Assembly: GCA_947591495.1 (NCBI GenBank)
Contig: CANQDG010000006.1
Location: forward strand, 375 to 64,374
Length of the DNA stretch: 64,000 nucleotides
Source of the DNA: an uncultured Bacilli bacterium
GTDB lineage: Bacteria; Bacillota_I; Bacilli_A; ML615J-28; CAG-313
Direction of reading: 5' to 3'
How positions within the stretch are numbered: the stretch's first letter is position 1; every line of letters starts with the position of its first letter. The notes under the pieces are model-generated. The model had not been told where the DNA came from. It searched no databases and saw only the letters and a program-made list of their open reading frames with translations. Shown in pieces: positions 59,064 through 64,000 of the stretch. A program made the position numbers and the translations under genes.

Positions 59064-62000
59064 ATGAAAAAAACCATTCGAAGTTTATTTGTTATTGGTT
59101 TATTTGCTTTTATGTTATTATGGCAATTACCGATTTTAGTTAAAGGTAATTCGGTAACTTTAAAAGGAGCAGGAACTAAAGATGATCCATTTCAAATTCA
59201 AACCAAAGAAGAATTAGTTTATGTAGCTGATAAAATTAACGAAACTAATTCTGAAAATCAAATCATTCAAGAAAAGAATGCACGTTTAGCAAGTTATATT
59301 TTAATGGATGATATTGATGTTTCTGCTGAGGCTTCATTTAAAGGACTTACAAATTTTAGTGGTGAACTTTTTAACGGAAATAATCATGTGGTAACAGTTA
59401 ACATTTCATTAACAAATGTTGATAACGTTGGCTTTTTTGGTAAAGTCGTTCCCGCAACCACGAATGTAACTTTAGATCCAAATGGCAGTACCACTTTTAA
59501 TTATGGAGTAGGAACCATTATTTCAAACTTAACTATTAAAGGAACCATTGAAGGTAGAAATAATGTAGGTGGTTTAATTGGTAGTGCTACAGAAGCTAGT
59601 TTTTCGGCTAATGAACAAACAAACTATGCATATGTTAAATTAGATAAATGCACAAATGAAGCAATAGTTAAAGGAATAAATAGAGTCGGTGGCTTAGTTG
59701 GTAGTGGAAATGGTGTAACAATTGACAACTCTTTACAAAATGGTCAAGTTAAAGGTGGCTTAAATACAGCCGGCATCATTGGCTTTCCAAGTGGTATTAG
59801 TAATACTTCTAAAGGTGTTAACCTCAATCACACCTATAATAGTGGTATCGTGCAACAAGATGCGAACGTTATTAATCCCCAAAATTATGTTTATTTTGGT
59901 TCCGTATTTGGCTATCAAGTAAGAAATCTCATTACCTCTTTAATTTATATGGAATCTTCTGGCAATAAAATGACTATTCATTTTGATGGTGATTTGCCAA
60001 ATGAAGAAGATATTGAGGTCTTTAATCTTAATCAAGATTACCATCTTGAAATTAATAAAGCTCAAAAAGAAATTACGATTTATAGTAATTTTGAGGCAAC
60101 TTTAGGCCTAAGTGAAACGGAAAACTATGGTGTTTATGCTAACTATGTTGGTCAAGTTGTAAGAATCAAACATAATAATGGTTATGTTTATGTTCCTTTC
60201 TTTGACCGCACAACATCTAGTTTTAGAGGAAATGTCTCAATCAATTTAAATGAATTAACCCATTATGCCCCAGATGAATTAGCTAACTTAGAAACAGTAG
60301 AAAATCATCAAAAAACTTATGTTTTAGTTCAAACAGCTAGTCAATTAGAACATTTATCATGGATTATTAATGGTAATATATATGGCGAAAATGTAGCAGG
60401 CTTAACTTATGAAAACTCCGAAGACGAAACTTGTGGCGTTCGTCAAATTGGTAAAATTAGCATTAAATTAGATGCAGACGCTTTATCTAATAACCGTTAT
60501 GATTTTGATATGACCCAAAGTAAAGGTGTTTATGGCACTAATAATTTCTATGGAATTTCTTGGACGCCATTTTCTCCTTACCTAGGTAGTTTTGATGGTA
60601 ATAATCAAAGTTTATATATTGAAATGAATTATGATGAAGCTTATATGGTAGGTTTATTTGGCACTTTGTCCAATGGTCAAATTGCTTCAACTCAATTAAA
60701 TGCTTCAACTAATTATGTTGAAAATGTTCATATTTATGGTTCTTTTAAAGGCTTACAAGCCGTTAGTGCAGTAATTGCTGAACACGATAACTATGCACCA
60801 GGTATGATTGGATATGTTCGAAAAAATACAATTTATGTTGAAAATGTTCATAATCATGCAAGTGTTACGGGTAAATATGATGTTGGTGGTATTTTAGGAT
60901 ATACTAATACCGGTGGTGAAACAGCTTATGCTCATTTTACAAACGTTACAAATGAAGCAAACATTGTTGCCCTTAGTGGTGGAAGTTCCATTGGCGGAAT
61001 TGTCGGCCGTGCTGGTCAAAATGATAATACTTATGAAGGTAGTGGCGATGAAAGAAGCTTAGTAGTTGAACTTTGTGCTTCAGTTGATTTTAATAATGTT
61101 TGTAACTTTGGAACAATTGGAACGAAAGAGGTTAGCGCAAATTATATAGGTGGCCTTGTGGGAAGATTAATGAGATCGGCGATTTTAAGTGGACGTAACA
61201 CAAGCTGTGGTAATGTCTATGGTGGTAGTTATGTAGGTGGCCTATTTGGTAGCATTCAAAAAACTTCAGGTAGTGGCTATGCTTATATATATAACGACTC
61301 TAAAGAAGTAGAACTTACAGTAGAAGGAACAGCCCAAAATGTGGGAATTATTTCAGGTAATAATCTTTCATCTAATCAGTTAAGTGTAAGAAGAAAAATG
61401 ATTATTGGTTCTAACATATCATTAACCGAACAAAAATCAGCTCTTTTAGATGCTTACTTAAATACTAACGATTATGAAATCATCCCAATCGTAAAAGGTG
61501 AAGTAGTTGATCACTATGAAATCTATTTAGCTAATCCTTCTAATATAGTTACAATTGCTGCTACCCAAGTTCAAGATTCTAAAAATATTGCTTGGACGAC
61601 AACTCCAAAAACTTTTGCAATTTATGGTGCAGATGAGAGACATCTTTTAGTAGCAATAGATTATGCTTTTATCTTAGAGATTCAAAGAGATGAATTTTCG
61701 ATTACTAGTGAAAATACCACGCAAGTAGACCAAGATGTTTTAATTATTACAACTTCAGAAAATATTCAAATATCTAAAGAACAACTTTTATTCGATCATG
61801 AATTATTAAAAGATTATGGTTTAAATGACAATATAGTAATAGAAATTAAAGATATTGCTATAGCCCCAGATCAAACAATGTCAATTACTTCAAATCCTTT
61901 AACTATTAATTATCAAGAATTTGCGCCAATCGATGTGGAATATGAATTAGAAACAACTTATAATGGCCAAGCTCAAATGATTAAAATTATTGATGTTAAG

Positions 62001-63443
62001 GGTGAACTTGCTGAAAAAAATATCCAATATCGTTTCTTTATGATGATTGATAATCAAAGAACACCAGTTACAGGACTTGTTGATGCTGGCACATATGATA
62101 TTGAGATTGAATTTTATGCTGATGATTTTATGCTTATTAGAACTAAAACTTTCGTCATTAATCATAAAATATTAGATGAAGCTAAATCTACCATTACCCA
62201 AAATGACTTATCACTAGTATATGATGGAACTGATAAACAACCAACCTTTACAATTATTGATCAAGATGGTTTAACTTTAAATGCTCAAGAATATACCATC
62301 GTTTATGCAAATAATCATAATGTTGGTGAGGCTACAGCTACAATTACTTTTGAAAAAAATTATTTAGGCAGTAAGGAAATTATTAAAACTTTCCAAATAA
62401 CTGCTAAAGATTTAACTAATGAAGAATTAACAATTACCAAAGAATACGATGAATGCACATATGATGGCACTTCAAAATATCCAACTTTAACCATTAATTT
62501 TGGTCAAACATTAATTCTTGATACTAATTATAGATTAGAATATACTAATAATTTAAATGCTGGAAAAGCTCAAATTAATATTCAATTTATAAATAATTAT
62601 ACAGGTAGTAAAATAATAGAATTTACCATTCTACCAAAGGACTTAACCGAATTTATTAATTGTAATGAATCATCAATGGAAAAAACTTATGATGGCCGTG
62701 TTAAACAATTAAATATTACCCTTGATTATGAATATCATTCTTTAAGTAGCACAAAATACTTCTTAAATGAACAAGCAGTAGATAACATTTTACATGCTGG
62801 AACATACAAAATTGTTTATACAATTAATGATTTAGAGCACAATTATATAGGTACTAAAACATTTACTTATATCGTTCATAAAGCTAAACAAACAATTGAA
62901 GCCTTTGATATTAATGATGCTACAATTGGATATGATTCATTTACCGTTCCATCTAATTGGAATAAAGGTGGTATGGAATATAGTCTAAATCAACAAGATT
63001 ATTCATCATTTACAAACACTATTTCTAATTTACAAGAAAAAACGCAATATACTATTAGTTTCCGTTATAAAGAAACAGAAGACTATGAACAATCATCAAC
63101 CATTGAGTATACTTTTAAAACCTTACTTAGTCCAATAACTGTTCAAAGAAAAATTGATGAATTATCTAATACGATTACGATTGATGATTTTACCAAATTA
63201 AAAGAATTAAAAGCGTTGTATGAAGAATTAGATGAACGTTATTATAAAGATATCGATGAAGAAAAATTATTAAATGCCTTTGATAATTTTAATCGTTTAA
63301 CAATTTATACAGAACAAGATTTAGCGACTGCAAGATCAGTTAGTTTTAAAAAGACAGCAGCTGTTGCAAGCATCGCTATCCTTACATGGGTTAGTCAAGC
63401 GGCCAAATACTTATTCTTCTTGATTAGAAAGCGGGTGATTTAA
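59064..63443 (+). CDS. Large surface protein with GLUG-like repeats, MBG-like stalk repeats and a C-terminal anchor
   Basis: Signal peptide, GAGTKDDPFQI, multiple VGGLIG/VGGLVG, YDG...P repeats with NNxNxG, and a hydrophobic + basic C-terminus. Confidence 0.78.
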   Translation: MKKTIRSLFVIGLFAFMLLWQLPILVKGNSVTLKGAGTKDDPFQIQTKEELVYVADKINETNSENQIIQEKNARLASYILMDDIDVSAEASFKGLTNFSGELFNGNNHVVTVNISLTNVDNVGFFGKVVPATTNVTLDPNGSTTFNYGVGTIISNLTIKGTIEGRNNVGGLIGSATEASFSANEQTNYAYVKLDKCTNEAIVKGINRVGGLVGSGNGVTIDNSLQNGQVKGGLNTAGIIGFPSGISNTSKGVNLNHTYNSGIVQQDANVINPQNYVYFGSVFGYQVRNLITSLIYMESSGNKMTIHFDGDLPNEEDIEVFNLNQDYHLEINKAQKEITIYSNFEATLGLSETENYGVYANYVGQVVRIKHNNGYVYVPFFDRTTSSFRGNVSINLNELTHYAPDELANLETVENHQKTYVLVQTASQLEHLSWIINGNIYGENVAGLTYENSEDETCGVRQIGKISIKLDADALSNNRYDFDMTQSKGVYGTNNFYGISWTPFSPYLGSFDGNNQSLYIEMNYDEAYMVGLFGTLSNGQIASTQLNASTNYVENVHIYGSFKGLQAVSAVIAEHDNYAPGMIGYVRKNTIYVENVHNHASVTGKYDVGGILGYTNTGGETAYAHFTNVTNEANIVALSGGSSIGGIVGRAGQNDNTYEGSGDERSLVVELCASVDFNNVCNFGTIGTKEVSANYIGGLVGRLMRSAILSGRNTSCGNVYGGSYVGGLFGSIQKTSGSGYAYIYNDSKEVELTVEGTAQNVGIISGNNLSSNQLSVRRKMIIGSNISLTEQKSALLDAYLNTNDYEIIPIVKGEVVDHYEIYLANPSNIVTIAATQVQDSKNIAWTTTPKTFAIYGADERHLLVAIDYAFILEIQRDEFSITSENTTQVDQDVLIITTSENIQISKEQLLFDHELLKDYGLNDNIVIEIKDIAIAPDQTMSITSNPLTINYQEFAPIDVEYELETTYNGQAQMIKIIDVKGELAEKNIQYRFFMMIDNQRTPVTGLVDAGTYDIEIEFYADDFMLIRTKTFVINHKILDEAKSTITQNDLSLVYDGTDKQPTFTIIDQDGLTLNAQEYTIVYANNHNVGEATATITFEKNYLGSKEIIKTFQITAKDLTNEELTITKEYDECTYDGTSKYPTLTINFGQTLILDTNYRLEYTNNLNAGKAQINIQFINNYTGSKIIEFTILPKDLTEFINCNESSMEKTYDGRVKQLNITLDYEYHSLSSTKYFLNEQAVDNILHAGTYKIVYTINDLEHNYIGTKTFTYIVHKAKQTIEAFDINDATIGYDSFTVPSNWNKGGMEYSLNQQDYSSFTNTISNLQEKTQYTISFRYKETEDYEQSSTIEYTFKTLLSPITVQRKIDELSNTITIDDFTKLKELKALYEELDERYYKDIDEEKLLNAFDNFNRLTIYTEQDLATARSVSFKKTAAVASIAILTWVSQAAKYLFFLIRKRVI

Positions 63444-63444
63444 G

Positions 63445-64000
63445 ATGAAAAAACACTACTTTTTAGGACTATTTATTAGTATAATTTGTCTTATAGGACT
63501 TGTTGGATGCAAACAAGATAATGAAAATAATAACTTTAAAATGGTTCAAGATGCTCTAGCAAATACTGAAGTTACATATAAATCATATACCAAAAAAATT
63601 ACAATCGAACAAGCATCACTATTAATCGCTGAAGAAATAGAAGAAAATGTCTTAACAGATGATGGCAATGTTACAAAAACCATCACAACTAAAAAAATAA
63701 ACAATTTGGATTATGATGAGCCATACACTCAAACAACACAAACAACAACTTTACCAGTTGCAAGTGCCGATTTGTTTAGTGGTTACGAATTAAATGAAGC
63801 TGATTTTGAAAAATATACTTGTGAAGAAAATGATTCAAAAATAGAATTCAAAGGAACAGTTTTAAAAACATCATATGATATTTTTGTTTCTTATAATGGT
63901 TCTTCCATTAAAAATTTAGTAGTTGATATTACATTAGATAAAGCAACAAATAAGATCTTAAAAGTAACTTTTGGATATCAAAATGCTAGTTCGAATAAAA
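63445..64000 (+). CDS. Lipoprotein (runs off the window end; not in the ORF track)
   Basis: MKKHYFLGLFISIICLIGLVGC lipobox, with the frame open to the end of the window. Confidence 0.75.
   Translation, partial: MKKHYFLGLFISIICLIGLVGCKQDNENNNFKMVQDALANTEVTYKSYTKKITIEQASLLIAEEIEENVLTDDGNVTKTITTKKINNLDYDEPYTQTTQTTTLPVASADLFSGYELNEADFEKYTCEENDSKIEFKGTVLKTSYDIFVSYNGSSIKNLVVDITLDKATNKILKVTFGYQNASSNK

Overview
Very AT-rich, genetic-code-11 chromosomal segment from a low-GC, apparently endospore-forming but streamlined Bacillota (Bacilli-like gene order). The sporulation genes are spoIIGA-sigE-sigG, an unannotated spoVM and a CotF-type coat pair. Housekeeping content: gpmI, eno, rsmB-rlmN-rsgA-rpe-thiN, rpmB, fakA, recG, rnc, CIRCE-controlled htpG, ybaK, fhs and an lgt-lit lipoprotein-maturation pair. 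The most notable items are: (i) a promoter- and terminator-bounded ~135-nt RNA after rnc with two hairpins that each display UGCCCCCCwAyUUUA; (ii) two paralogous operons of ABC ATPase + large permease + Ig-like/beta-rich surface proteins, one with a YwaF/TMEM164-like membrane enzyme fused to the ATPase and an internal start at the junction; (iii) two unrelated AAA_14-DUF4143 genes, each preceded by its own 33-bp-period direct repeats overlapping the promoter; (iv) a SipW + TasA-like fibre operon; (v) an AT-rich islet with a Schlafen/AlbA_2 protein, a probable decayed group IIC intron 5' end and an AbiE toxin-antitoxin pair. I found no tRNA, rRNA, CRISPR array or intact transposase. All family assignments are by motif recognition, not database search.
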